This document shows, piece after piece, positions 22,999 through 40,285 of a DNA stretch of 64,000 bases. This DNA is from the human T2T-CHM13v2.0 reference genome, Homo sapiens. Position 1 is the stretch's first letter; each line of letters starts with the position of its first letter. The stretch lies in NCBI RefSeq assembly GCF_009914755.1, contig NC_060929.1; one strand, 5' to 3'. A program made the translations under genes and the position numbers. The notes below the pieces were generated by a model. It was not told where the DNA came from. It saw only the letters and a list, made by a program, of their open reading frames with translations, and made no database searches.

Positions 22999-25206
22999 CT
23001 GAAACAAAGTTGGAGTTAAACAAAGCACATTTCTGACAAAAGTGTTGTAGTAATTTGAAGATCTAACTTGTATGCCTTGACTCAATGAACCAATACACCC
23101 AGTTTTTTCCCCCTCTTCCTCTTTTTCTCCTTCATTTCTTCCTCCTTTCCAGCTCAACTGCTTTTTTTACTTGTACCTTAGTAGCTTCTTCCAAGCAGGA
23201 AAGGCTTTCTATGTGGGAAATAAAGGAGCTGCCCTGGGGGTTAATTAGCAATATCTTGGTTTTTTTTCCCCCTGTGTTACAGTCTACTTAGAAGCCTTGC
23301 TTTAGTGTTTCATTTATGATGAAACTTGCTTTCCTACTTTTTGGGTTAAGATTGTTAAGGCAAGATGTCTAACTTATTTGGTTTCCCCTTTTCCAAAAGA
23401 TGCACCTTTTTGGAGGTGGGGGTGTGTGCTGCTGTTAATGCCAGCTAAATGTTTAGAAGACACATGATGTTTATTTTTTTCAAACCTGAAATGAAAAGAT
23501 TTGCCCCCAACTTTGTAAAAATAAATAAATAAATAAACACCTTTACATGAAATCAACAAACTGGTAAAAACTGAGCCATACACTGGAGCATCTTGGCTCC
23601 TCTTCAGGGAGTTCATGCAGAATAAACTTCTGGAATCTTGATTTTGGTCCATCTCCTCATGTAAGACCTATGTCTTAAATTTCTGGCTAATATTTCAGCA
23701 ATCACCTACCACTAAAGGAATACTGTTCTTGTTTTATTTTGTTTAATGAAACAAGAGGCCCAAACACATTCTGCAAAGTTACTTTTAAGACAGCTAGTCA
23801 GTGAGGGCACTGCAGGTTACACAGCTAGATGTCTGCCCTGGGCTCCAGTTTCTGTAAACCTGGGAGAACAGGGCATTCACCACCACCTATTGCAACAGAG
23901 ATGACTCCACAAGCCAAGGCAGGTCTGACCCTAGGTAGATTAGAGTTAATAAACTGCCACGACATGACATTCTACCCTAATTTTTTCTATAAAGCAGCAT
24001 CTGTTTTAACTATCAGGAAGAAATGAAAGATGAACATACAATAGGAAGCAAGAACATAGTGGAAATTATTCTTCCCTTATATAATGAAAGTGCTGTCTAA
24101 ATTGAATATCTTTGAATTATAGAAATTAGGAAAGGAAAAAATAATTACCATTTCCCCCACCTCTCACCCAGACTGAAAGGGTAATTATAGTGATAATAAG
24201 GGGTAAGAGGGCTTCCTCAATATATGGCAAGTTGGGCCAAAAAGAATAGGGACAAAGTATCTTAAAAGCGGAGGGCTTGGAGTCATCAGACTTGAACTCA
24301 CTTTATTCCAACATATTTCTTCAAAAGCCTTGAAAAGAATTTTGCTTTCAGTGTAAGCACATGCTTTCCGAAGCTAAGACTCATTTTGGTTCTTTGCATT
24401 TGATTTGTTTTAGCAGTCTTAGGTGTATGTGTAAGCAGGTGAGGGGTAAGTAGAGAATTCTTCTTCTACCCCGTCTAGTTTATATATTATTAATGTTATA
24501 GTAGATCCTAGAGACTGAAAATTGTTTTCCAAACCAAGAATTTTGTCAGGAAAGAAAGAAAAAAAGAAGAATGCTGCAACTGACAGTCTCCTAAATGGAG
24601 CCCAGGTGCATAAGAATCGTTGGCATGCAGCATAGTTGCATTAAAAATTAGGACCGAAAAAAATCACCTTTGATGTAGGTCTTTATAGAAACATTCTTGT
24701 TTAGTACACATAAAAGGATCCTTTTGTTCCTAAGGAACCTGCAAGTACCAAGGACCCTTTTCCCGAATGCTAAAGGTGACCTCTTAAACAGGCAGCCATG
24801 TATAGTACCATGTTTACATATATTCCACAAGATAAAATACAACAGCAAAAAAAGCATATTTTCCTAAATGCACCATATGGATTGAAATGCCTCTGTTTGT
24901 ATATAAATGGTGAAAATAAATCAGAGGGATATCTAGACAAAGCTACACTTTGATATATGAAGAATCTGCACAACTAACATGTTTATAGTATGATGAAGCC
25001 TAGTGTGCCAGATAAGAAAAATACATTTTGCAGGTGGACCTAAATCTTTATACTGTTGTGATTTTTAACCGACCTGTCTCTTTTCATCATGGAGTAGCTT
25101 CATGACCATAAATACAGGGAACTGCTGACAGTGTAACTCATCTCTTAAACATAGTTTGTTCTTAGCAGCTAAGACAGTTTGGGGGAGTGGGGGAGGCTTT
25201 ACTTAC

Positions 25207-25316
25207 CCCAGACAAGGACAATGTATCTCAGCGGAATGCAGTACAGGATGGCTGTGAACACACAGAGGGCTACAATGGCCAGCCAGCTTAAGAATGGGAC
25301 AGTCCAGTTGAAAGTA
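25207..25316 (-). CDS. MCTP1: MCTP1 coding exon, transmembrane segment (N)[36 protein letters not shown](G)
   Basis: Minus-strand ttccattcag| acceptor, TGGG|gtaagt donor; hydrophobic; phase 2 to 1. Confidence 0.96.
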
Positions 25317-28300
25317 CTGAATGGAAAATTAACACATCAGCAATCTGAGTACTTCATACTTTTTTCAAATATTAAAATACATATGATTCTAACTTGGGAC
25401 CTAGTTAGTCTGCATTTCTCTCTGGAATAGATTCCAATTGTAATAGGTTATCAGAGGACGCAGGCTAGCCATAATCTGCTCAGTTCCATGAACACAGGGC
25501 CCAAGTAAAGAGTCTTGCTGCCACCTCCTCCAGATTGTTCCAGGTGACTTCAGAGTCTAAAGCCATTGTGCTACTTGGGTGACTCCCCACATGAAAGAAG
25601 ATCTTTATTTTTCTTCTTTATTTTTCTACTGCTAAGACTAGTACCCATCCTTGTTTTCTCTGGCTTTTCAGAGGGGAATGCCCCTGGACCCACCATTCTT
25701 CCTTCTATCAACTCTCAGTATTCCCCATATTGGGAATAAAATGTTGCCAGCAACTCTTGGTAGATGTAACTCTTACATGGTTGTGTTAAAAATCCTCTGA
25801 ATGTTAGAATTCCTTAAACTACTCACTTGTCCTACCTCAGCTATGTTTGAAATAGAACTGGAAATCAGGAAAGAGGAACAAAACAGCCTTGCAAAAATTC
25901 ACCTCTTACTGCCCTTCTTCCCAGAAGTACATAGATAATTAATAAAATCAGCATTGCTTACTATTATCTCTCATGTACTCCTTGTGAAGGACAGCATTCT
26001 GGCAAAAGTAATTGGTAACGTAGAGGACTGGGTCAGAGAAGGCTGCAAGACTCAGTATTGACAACAAGACATGATAACAAATGGAAACGAGACCAATGAA
26101 CAGAAGTAGAAGTTACAAAAAAAAAAAGTACTGAGGAGATGGGAAGGAATTTACTGAGACAAAAAGGGAAAAGAAAAATGAAGACAAAGGCAAAAACCAT
26201 GATGTAAAAATGTTTTTAAAAGTAGAAAATCAGGGAACTGGAACATGGGAAGATTATAATCACTTAAGGCTTTTTGTGTGGAATCCAGTCTGGTACTTCT
26301 TAAGAGTGTGCCAAAATCATAAAGAAAATAGAAACACTGTGTAGAGCCTCCAGGGTTGGGCATATAAATATATCACCATTTACAGGCATACCATTGCATT
26401 CTTTGAAATTTCTCCTAAGTGTTCATCCACTAAAGAGGAACTAACAAACATATCATGTCCTCTGACCCTTTAGCATGAGAGCCAAGAAGTTAGCAGATTT
26501 GTATTCAAAGCCTAGATTCTATTATGTGGATTTAGCTGAGTCAACCTCTCTAACCTTTTCCCCATTTATAAAATGGGGATAGCTTTTATTCTGTCAAGGA
26601 AGACTGGTTGTGATGGTAATATGTTTATGTGAATCAAGATGAAATTATTAGAACTAATCAACTCAAGGAATCTCATTTATGGCACTTTTTTCTTATGAGA
26701 CAGAAGGCCCCTAAGACACTTCAGCAAAACATATTGTTCATGTGGATAAATGTGTTTTTTATTTCTTCTAATTTCCTGGTATTGTATATTGTACTTACTT
26801 GAGGTGAGTTTTTTTTTTCAGGGCAATTTTGACCCAATAAAGGATGATTGCTAAAGAGATTTTCTTCTATACAATGCCTCAGCATAATACTTAGGAATTA
26901 GTTGTTCCTTACCTTTGTGGCATGTAGCTTGCTTTTTGTCTCTCTCTAGGTCAAAATTGTTTCCTAAAATTTTTTTCTACTAAAAGAGCCAATGTTGGGT
27001 CAATCTGGTTATCCTATTTTCAGTAATCCCTGGTGTCTGGCTTTTCTGTCTTTGTCTTCTTCCTCTTATGGTCAAGAGTGAGCATCTGCAACTCACCAGG
27101 TAAAGGATCATGCCTTCCCTTCCTGATGGATACCTGTGCCTCCCTTGCTTCTGCTTGCTTGTGGAGAGAACAGAAGGCTAAGGGGATCTGCTTGCTTTCC
27201 TGTGGCTCAGCTCAGAGTCATCCATCACACGACTCCACGTGTGAGGGCACTGGCTCTTCACTCAGAAAACCTTCCTTCTGGGCAGCCCCACTGAAGAACT
27301 CCCTGTGTTCTCCTTACTCCTATTGGAAGGATAAATGGCAAAGAATCCCCACCAGTGTAGCTGTTAGAAAAAATAAAATAAAATAAAACTGCCCTTTTCT
27401 ATTTCTACACTCTGCATTATGGAATCTAAATCTAGAATATGATCTTCCCCCAAAAAGGGATGCAATTCAAGAAAGTTCTGGAATGATTATTTAGTAACAA
27501 GACATGGTAAGTATAGAGCCCTTTCATTTTGTGCTTAAAGATTGCTTTTGAGTCTGCTTTCTGGGTAGATGCTTTTAATTCCATGTGACCCCCAGGAGAA
27601 TTTCTTTTTTTTAGCATCCAAAAGATCATTTTGCGGGAGAGATGGCTCCTCCAAGACTCACTGGCCCCTGTGCCATATTCCTGTACCTTAGCATAGGAAG
27701 TTCTACAAAACCCAGGTTTCCCCAAGGCTGAACCACTGCCAAGATCTGGTCATATCCCTCAGCTAGTCATGTTTTCCAGCCAAGCATCTGCTCTGAGGCC
27801 TTCTACCACCTAGAGTTACAAAGGAGTTTCTTCCTCTCAGGCATTCACTGCCTGATCCATGGTCTTTTGGTATAAATGAGATGTTTCTGTCAGGTATCAG
27901 CACACTGTGTACCCCAGATAAAAGAAAGACAGCACTCAATGGGGAAATGCCCCAAATTGAGGGCTTCACACTGTTTCAGTGGATAGCGTGTGGAGGACAG
28001 GTAAACATTCTTAGAGATGAGAGGAAGAAGGAGAGAGAAAAGATACGGGAATAGTCTTCTGAAATCCAAGACTGAATGTTTCCTAAAGGCACATCTCGGA
28101 GTGAGATGGGGGCTGTTCTGTCTAATGTAAGAAAGTGGAAACTCAGCACCTAGACATGTGGAAATATACAAAATAAAATGCATTATCCCTTACAACATGA
28201 AAGGCGCGAGATGAATGACTCACACCTTTAGTTTAAATAATTTACTCCTTTCAAATTCTATGTATGCCCAAGGATTCAAATCTGTAGAAAACTTCTGGCT

Positions 28301-29164
28301 ATGAATAACAAACAATGAAGAGATACATTATACTAGGAAAATAAAGGTTTGTCCAGAATTTGGCACCCCTTCTTGAATAGACCATTAGCAATCATTATGT
28401 AGGCCAATTTTTACATAATTTAGAAGTATGAGGGTCTTATATCTTTTAACTGATAATTGCTGTAAATACACCTTTTAAAAAAAATATAACGTTAGTTTAG
28501 ATAAAACACATACGTATATAAGAATGTAAGTTTCTTAATTTTGCATTAGAGCTCAGTGAAGCTATATTTATTTTATTTTAAAAAGTTAAGGAAAAGGGAT
28601 TCTGTTTTTATAATTTTAAAAATTGTGTGCATTTTCTAAATGACAGAGCATTAGTTTATTGATAATTATGGATCTCAGCTATTTAAATACAAACTTGAAA
28701 AAAATATTTTTGCAGGGTACCATAAATATGATTAATTTTTTAAAAAATTTAGTGTCACTTGATGAAAATATAACTAGACCAATAGTAAAATACAGGTGTA
28801 TCTTAATTACCTGAAGTCCTCATTTAGCTTGGTTTATTTTTTTCCTATCACAATTTCATATTCCATTTAAGAACAAAGTCTTTCACAGTGAAAAATGTGC
28901 TAAAATTTAGGACGGTGTTATTTCTTCAAAGCTACAAGTATGACTTCTTTCCAACCAATATGTTCTAAATTTCAGGAAGGAAATTGACAGAACTTTCATA
29001 AAGCCAAAGACTGGCAGAAATAAAGTAAATAATGATGAAACTGAGCAATAGAGCACCCAGAAGGAGTGTCCCCTGCCAAAAAGAATGTGGCATTTCACCC
29101 TCCAAGAAACAAATGGACACCTTATCCCATAGAAGAATGGGGCTCACAGGTCACCGTCACTCAC

Positions 29165-29274
29165 TTCTTAATCCTTTCGCCAAAGGAAGCCACTTCATCT
29201 AGGATGTTCTGGACACTGACACATACCTCCTGGATGGCATAGATTTTATTTATAAATCCCTTTTTTTCACTGTC
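29165..29274 (-). CDS. MCTP1: MCTP1 coding exon [36 protein letters not shown](N)
   Basis: Minus-strand acceptor ttttag| (29275-29277), donor AA|gtgagt (29164); 110 nt; the ASFGERIKN motif is typical of the MCTP C-terminal domain. Confidence 0.95.
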
Positions 29275-31039
29275 CTAAAATGCAATAAAAAAGAAATTCT
29301 GTATGAGTAAAGGTATTCTTCATTGCTTGAATTCTTTGTGTTGTCCCTCTGTTACATTTTTAAACTTAAATAAACTTCATTTTCGTGTGGTTATAAATGG
29401 ATAATTGGAACCCATGAAAATATCAGGATTTAAAGGAAGATGAGGAGGAAGGGGACCCAGCATCATGGATTTGTGCTTGTAAAGATGGCTGCAAAGCAAG
29501 AGCCTCGGGTTCCTTTGCTCTTGCCCTGATGAGCAGAAGAAACATTTTGGGGAGGAAGGTATAAGAGAGAGGGGAGGTCCCAGAATTACCAAACCCGGAT
29601 TCTACAGTGCCTCTGGATCCACTGATACACTACTTAGTGGACCCAGTTTCTTGACCGCACTGCCCATAAACCCAAATTTTGTTGTGGCTCCAGATATTTC
29701 AGCAGCAGAGAATGCTGGATGCACTTGAGATTTGTGAGCAATGAAAACTACAAAAAAAAAAAAAAAAAAAAAAAAACACCACCACCAAAACCTGGAATCC
29801 ACTATGTGGATACTGCTTAGATCATATACAAACTAAGCCTGACCACCTTCTTAAAAATAATAGTCTAGTCATATATTTTATACGGTAGTATATGCTGTAT
29901 TAGGTTCTAACTAAACATTTTTTCCCCTTTTGGTGCTTAGTTCATTTTAAAACATACTGAATTTAAGCAAAGCTGGTGTGCTCCAGGTAATGGATGGGTA
30001 GAGATTGAGCATTAAAGCACCTAGAGAGTGGTGTGACCCTAGGAGAAATGTGCATATTTTGCAATTTTAGACCCAAAGGAAGAAACAGTGGTGGCCTTTC
30101 ACAATTGAAAATTCTGCTTAGTAGCCTGGCATCACAGGCACTTGCCTAGGCTGTTTAGTGGAGACCATCCAACCCTGATTCTATGACTCCATTCCTCCAT
30201 GCCAGCTTGAATATCTATGGAAATGTAGATCCAATTTCATTACTTTAACTTCTTTTGAACACTTGCACACTATGCCAGAACACTTGAGACCTCATGTGGC
30301 AGTCAGTGCTTGCTGAAAGCAGCCAGGAAGCTAGAATAATAATGTCATGTTGCACATTTACATACTGACTTTCATTTCAGAAGAGTCTAAAGCACTCTAC
30401 AGTGTGAACACTTGGCCAGGGCTGGCCTCCCGCCACCTCAGAAACTGCGGGCAAGTGAATGACAGATGTGTGTGCCTCCTCCAAGGACAACAGGGTACAC
30501 TGGGACCAAGGACATGGAGGCCAGTTTTATAACGATCTTTGTTATAGATACCAGTTACTTAGAGCCTTAATTTTAAATTTAATTCACATGGGAGAAATTT
30601 GTCTATTATTCATCTTGCTTATGCCAAAATGGATTGTCAATTAGACGAGACGCATAAAGCTTAATAACAGTATTGGGAACAGCTAGTTAGCTACTTAGGG
30701 TTCCCTACTGTCTTCAGAAGTCACCATTCACTTGTCATGACAGACGTTGGTGCATCAATTTATCTTTCACACTCTCCAGTAAAAAAAAAAAAAAAGTTAG
30801 TTTCACCTATACAATTGTGCACGTTAGAGTAAAATGAATAACTAGTGGCTTTTTCCTGTTCCTTTCAAAACTGCAAAGTTCGTCTGCCCCAACTGTGTGT
30901 CCCTTAGTATTCTCATCTCAAGCACCAGCTAAGTTCATTTATGTCTATGAAGCAAAGTACTCATAAATATTTAACCACATACAGAATAAGTCAAACGAGT
31001 TGAAGCATGCTGGTTGTACAATGAAAGTCCATTGAGAAT

Positions 31040-31560
31040 GTCTTTCAGCTCAAAATTATGTGAAAAACTATTTCACAGTAACAAAATATATGAAATACCT
31101 AGGTAAAACCTCAGCAGGAAATTTACGAAATATATAAAAAGTTTTTTTTTTTTTAGTTGAATATATAGGCTTAATGAAATTTCAAGCAAATCCTAATGTT
31201 TAGAGTGGAGAAAACGGGGAGAACTTAATAATGTTTCTAAAGTTTGTTGGACAAATAGGTAACTATAGCTAAGAAATTTTACAAAAGAGAAATCATGAGA
31301 AGGCATTCAGTGTACCCAGTATTTAATTAAAATGAGATATGGGCATCAAAAGATTGGTATATGATAAGGTGCCATGCACAAAGGAAATAAGGAAGTGTTG
31401 TTATTGGGTAGTTGTGTTAACTATTTGGGGAAAGTTATGTTAAATCCTACCTAAAATAGACATTCACATCTGAGATAGATAGCCAAAATCTATCTTAATA
31501 TGTGCCTCAAATAGCCCCAAATACATTCCATATTAATGTTAAGAAGTTAAAAACAATATC
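31040..31560 (+). mobile_element. Highly diverged old L1M ORF2-region fragment (continues at ~34550-35110)
   Basis: aaatacctagg...aaac, aactatagctaagaaattt, tatgataaggtgcc...gttaaatcctaccta resemble degenerate L1 ORF2. Confidence 0.55.
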
Positions 31561-31561
31561 T

Positions 31562-34695
<3,134 letters not shown>

Positions 34696-37600
34696 TTAAA
34701 ACATGTCAAAAGTCATAAATTTAAAAGGCTAAGTGGGAAAAAAAATCAACAAATGCTACAAATGATGGGATGATATTTCTAAAATAGTAAACATCTGAAA
34801 ATGTTTTAATTGCATTTTTGTTTATAACAAAAAGACTAATAGTATGTTGGATGAGATTATAGTACATACAATTGATAGATTATGAAATCAGAAAATATTT
34901 AGAAAGAATATATAATGACATCAAAAACGCTTATGATCTAATATATATAGTGTAATCCTAATTTAGGTTTAAAATGCCTATGTTGGGGAAAAAAAGGATG
35001 AAGGAGATGCATGAAAATATTCCAGTAATGGAAGTTTATCTTCTTCATACCTTCCTGTAATATTCAAATTGTTTGCAATTCATATTTTACTTTTGTAATA
35101 AGAATATTTCCCCAATTTTCTTTAATGTTACTAAAGGAAGATGGTTAGAAGAAATAAATGAACTGGTACTTGGCTTGTCTATTTTTAATATTTTTATAAG
35201 CTATCTTAAATTATTTTTGGAAAGAAATGGAATATAAACAGACACTCATTAAGTAGTGTAAAGTACTTTTCTCATAATTCATCCAATACTCACAACCATC
35301 CTACAATGTAGTTATTTTTCTCCACTCTACAGAAGAGGAAACTGAGGCTCAGGAAAAAGTGACAGAACTTGGGTTGGGACAATGCCTGGCTAACTCCAGA
35401 GCCTATACTCTATAATAACCATATGACCTTCCTATTCAATCCAGGAAGGTTTCAGTTCCTACAAAGAATTCCTTTGAGATAAAGAAAAATGATTTCAAAA
35501 TGTTTCAAAAATGCAGACACCATAATCTAGCCTTGAGAATCACCATAGAGCTAAAATCTTGAGCAAGAGAATGAAATCCAGAAACTTGATTTGAAGGTAG
35601 AAAGTGAAAGATGTGTTAGAAACCACCACATTTAATGTCAATAAGGTAAGCAAATATTAAATGCAGGTAAGCAAATATTAAATGCAGGACCTTCATTAAT
35701 AAGATGTGTCACTTGAGGCATCTGTGAAGAAAATTTTTAATAGCCACTTTAAAATCCAAGTGCTGATGTATGATTATTGGCTAAGGATTTTTAAATATTC
35801 GCTCATTCTTCATTTGCTTTGTTACTACTGCACTCCCACCCAGTCCACCGCCACTCCCTTACCCTCAACTGCCAAAAGACAAAATAATATGGTTTGTAAT
35901 GTTGGTGCAGTTTTGAAAAGCAAATGCTTTGGGATAAAATTTTCCTTTTAAAATCTGTCATCAAATTCTATATTCTTTCATTGTGGTCTCCAATCAATGA
36001 AGTAATTACTCTTTCTATAAAGTATATGACCCAAAACTGCAATGGATAATGGAATTGCTGTGTTGCATTCCAATATTTCATACTTTTTTCAATAATGTTC
36101 AATACTTTATTGTAGAGAATAAATTGGTACATTCCTTTATTGTTGTTTTTGCTTTACTTTATAAAGCAGCTTGGATGAAAGAAATATCATAGAGTAGTTA
36201 ATCACCCAGTCTTGGTAGTGACACTGTTTTGTTTTTTTTTTTTTTAATGCATTATTAAGGTTTCTTTTGAAGGTGAAAAAAAAAAAATATCCACAACAAC
36301 AGCTATAACCATGAATCTGAGAATATGTGAGATTTATATTGCACAACTATTTCTAATGATTCTATACAATATTTCTAAAAGCTCTCTTACTAGGTTTTAA
36401 ATAGTCCCTAAAACATCACTAACTGTAAAAGTTGAAGTACAGTGATTCTTTAATATATGCCTACTTTACTATGACATATTGCAACAGAAAGTTAACTAGA
36501 TTCTTCCAAAGAAGTACCTACCACCTAGTTTTGAGATATTTAAGAAAATCTAAAGACCTAAATAATCAATAGGCATACCTTACATATTCGAAGAATCCTG
36601 TTCATCGACTTTCAAGCCAAAATGACAGATTCTCCCCTTCACTGAGTCTGTTCTAAATGGGAACATGAAGCCAAAGTGATAGACATCGGGGTGAATATTC
36701 TGGGACTGGTTTTTCCTGCCGAGCTGTGTCCTAGCTTAGTCATTAATACATTTAGGAACCCTGCCATAGTGGTCATTGTCAACCATGTTGAGAAGTTATC
36801 TGTTGAACACCTGTGCTGTATTAATCAGAATTAGCAGGTATGTAGAATATATTTGCTACAAATATTACTATTATAAAATCAATGTTATTTCACTTCCTAA
36901 GGTGAGAGAGTCTTCAGAGAAAGGGAGAGCTGTTAAATCTTATGCTACGATAATGAACATAAAATGGAACTATATATACCAAGGCATATGGTCACCTTAT
37001 TATTTCCTGGAGGAAGTATTTGGATTTGAGATACCTTCTATCCCAAAGAGCTAATTAATCTTTATCATAATTTTGCTTCTCCTTTAAAGTCTTGCTTACA
37101 TAACCTTTGGCAAAAGGTGAATGGTAAGGTTCATATTTTCTATGAGACATAATTATTTATTATAGTTTACCATTGATTGGAGCTCTTCTTTGGACAAGTA
37201 TAGACTCACATAGCACAACGTCTAAAATTATGTTTGGAATATGTTTATGTTTCCCGTGATGGATGCTAAAGATGGTTTTGGTGCACTACTTTCTCTAGTT
37301 CACTTAGTCAGGTGCCATGCAAAATAGACTTCCTCTCAGATCTATAATTCCAACCTAAGGAAAATACATTAGATGAGAAGTATGGAGTGGATAAAGGCAC
37401 AAAAAGAAGTGATCAAATGTTTTCTCTGTGCCAATCTTTCTTCTTTTTCAGATATAAAAAAAACATGTTTCAACCTGAAATCTAGAATACTGAAATTCTC
37501 AGCAGTTTGGCAATTCAGAGTCCCTTGGCTACTGAATCTTATCTAAGTGTCTTACTCAGTTCTTACTGTATCAAATCTTGTGCAGTTTACTTGGTGCCTT

Positions 37601-38225
37601 GCCTCTCTTCCTGATATTAGCCTTGAAAAATAGAAACACTCTATTGAGACACTGAAGTTATTTAAGGTTAACAGGATATTTAAGGTTAACAGGATAAATG
37701 GACACCTTTTAACAAGATAGTATATTTTTCTCTTAAAACAGTTCTCAAACATTTTGGCTTATGTTAAAAACAAAATTTTGAGATATTAGAGGGAATTCTC
37801 AACTATATGAAACATTTTATGCATGTTTAGTTTTGTACCAGGTGACTCAGTGTTAACTTGTCAGAGTCTATTTTAGAAAATGATGGTAAATTCTTTATAA
37901 TGTTACACTGAGATTTTTTTTCCCTTCTGCTGACTTGGCAGAGTTTTTTTTTTTGTTTTGTTTTTGCTTTTTTGCAGAATGAGTCTTTACCTGGTTTTAA
38001 TATTTGCTTCCTCTTTTGCAAGGCAGCCTTATGCTTTTCAGAGCTCATTTCTACTACATAATTTATGATAGCATTTAGTTGTGCTTTACCTTGTTGGCTT
38101 AATCTTATACATGTAATTTGCATGCAACTTTAAAGGTGATTGTAATGTAAAAAGAATTTGGAGAGAAATATACCCTGGGCTAGACAATGCAAACAACAGG
38201 CATTTTTAAGTGGCAGCTGGCACTC

Positions 38226-38420
38226 TAAATGTTAAAATAAAAGCCAGGAAGGAAAGAATGGAAAAAAAAGAAAAAGTGAGGAAAGAGAAAGAAGGAAGAA
38301 AAGAGAGAGAGAGGAAGACACAAAGGAGAAGAGGGAGAGGAAAACACGGAAAGAGATACTCTAACGGATGGAAGAAGATGAGAAGACTGAGAAGTTGACT
38401 GACTATGAGAAAGGGAAGGA
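38226..38420. repeat. GA-rich low-complexity tract
   Basis: Purine-rich gaaag/gagag sequence; source of spurious K/R/E-rich ORFs. Confidence 0.8.
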
Positions 38421-38556
38421 AAATGTCTCTGGTCAGAAACACAAATGACATAAAGTCAAGACAGAAACAAAACTTGCTAACCATATTAACTTCTAATTCA
38501 ACAAAAATTATTTGTAAAAGGCTGTACATAAAATATTTTTTAATAAATGTAAATAA

Positions 38557-38933
<377 letters not shown>

Positions 38934-38964
38934 AAGAAAACCCTTTTTAACTGTCCTGCAAATA

Positions 38965-39109
38965 TAGTCAGCCCTCCACACAATGGGTTTGCATCCATCG
39001 ATTTGACCAATGGGTTACATCAGAGACTTGAGCATTCACAGATTTTGGATATGATTTTGGTATCCATGGGAGGTTCTGGAATAGATCTCTCAAAGTTACC
39101 CAGGGACCT
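38965..39109. mobile_element. Internally deleted MER2-family (TcMar-Tigger) DNA transposon
   Basis: Left end agtcagccctcc...tgggtttgcatccatcgatttgaccaa; right end gacttgagcatt...gattttggtatccatgggaggttctggaa...cagggacctg; TA on both flanks. Confidence 0.65.
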
Positions 39110-40084
39110 GTATTTGAAAGATCTTAGAAGAACCTTATCAATATCAATATCAAAACCTTTGACTTAATTGCCCAGCCAGCAGCCAGGAAAAAGGGGCCTT
39201 ATAGATTATCCCATCTCAGGCTTTTGTCCCAGAAGTTCTGCTTTCAGATGGACTCCAAGTGAAAGGGCCAAAGAGGACTAGTTCTAGGCTAACTCTGATA
39301 GAAGCCACAACAGAAGCTGTGAGGCTGAGGCTCCCAAGTATCCAGAGATTTAAAAAAAAAAGTAACAAAGGCTACTTTCAACCACGATAACACAAGTTTT
39401 GAGATAAGAATTTGTATGCCTCACAGGGTTTTCTGTAAAATCAAAATGAACAGATTGTGGAAAGGTTTTGAAATGTGAAAGCACGTGAACCTGTGAATTA
39501 GGTTGAAAATAAAGCACAAGAAAATGTGGAAGCACACTCAGGATTACAGGTCACTGCCTGTCCTTAGACCTCATTTGAAAAGAAAAGAAAAAAAAGGTGA
39601 AATAAGATGTTTACTAAAATCCCTCCTGGTTAGGTTTACTCATTTTACAGATAAGATAAAAAGGACTGTGAATAGTCTCTGCCCTTCAGAGTCCATTGAA
39701 AGCTTATTTGAGAATAGTTGGTGGGTGGAATTTCTCCTGCTCTTTCTACAAGCTCAGTAGTTAAAGCTTGAGTGAGAATACCAAAGCTTGAGTGAGCTCA
39801 GAAACACTGAGCTTGTTTCTGATTCCAGATAGCAAATGCTGGGCTAGGTTTTTTGTGTGTGTTTCTTAAATCTCAACTTCTAATGAAAAAGTTGTAGGAT
39901 GTACGTTTGTTTTTAAAAAAACTTCTTTTGAAATTGTTTACTTCATTTTCAAATATGTGTTTGAACATGGTTGAAAGTTCAAATGCAGAGCTGAGAAGGC
40001 AGTTGAGAGTTTAGAGAAGGAGGTGGGTACTAGATGACCATATTTAGAAGATGAGTAGATTTCTTAGTAACTGGCTCTCTTGCT

Positions 40085-40285
40085 AAGTATGGTTCAAATG
40101 CTGCTTCCATCATTTTCTTAGCTAGGTGATTTTGAGCAATTTATTAACTTCTTCATCTGTAAAATGAGGATAATAATTCAACCTACCTTTGCAATGGTTA
40201 TAAAATTAAATTAGTTTAATCCATTGAAGCCATAAAATCCATAAATATCTGGAACATAGGAAGTGCTTGGTAAATATTAGTCGTT
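40085..40285 (+). mobile_element. MIR
   Basis: ggttcaaat...agctaggtgattttgagcaatttattaactt...catctgtaaaatgaggataata core. Confidence 0.75.

Noticed and set aside
29752-29776. Long poly(A) runs (also 57513-57530) as processed-pseudogene tails
   Set aside because: No recognisable retrocopy body or TSD upstream
38206-38529. K/R/E-rich and F/L/S-rich ORFs
   Set aside because: Both strands of a GA-rich low-complexity tract
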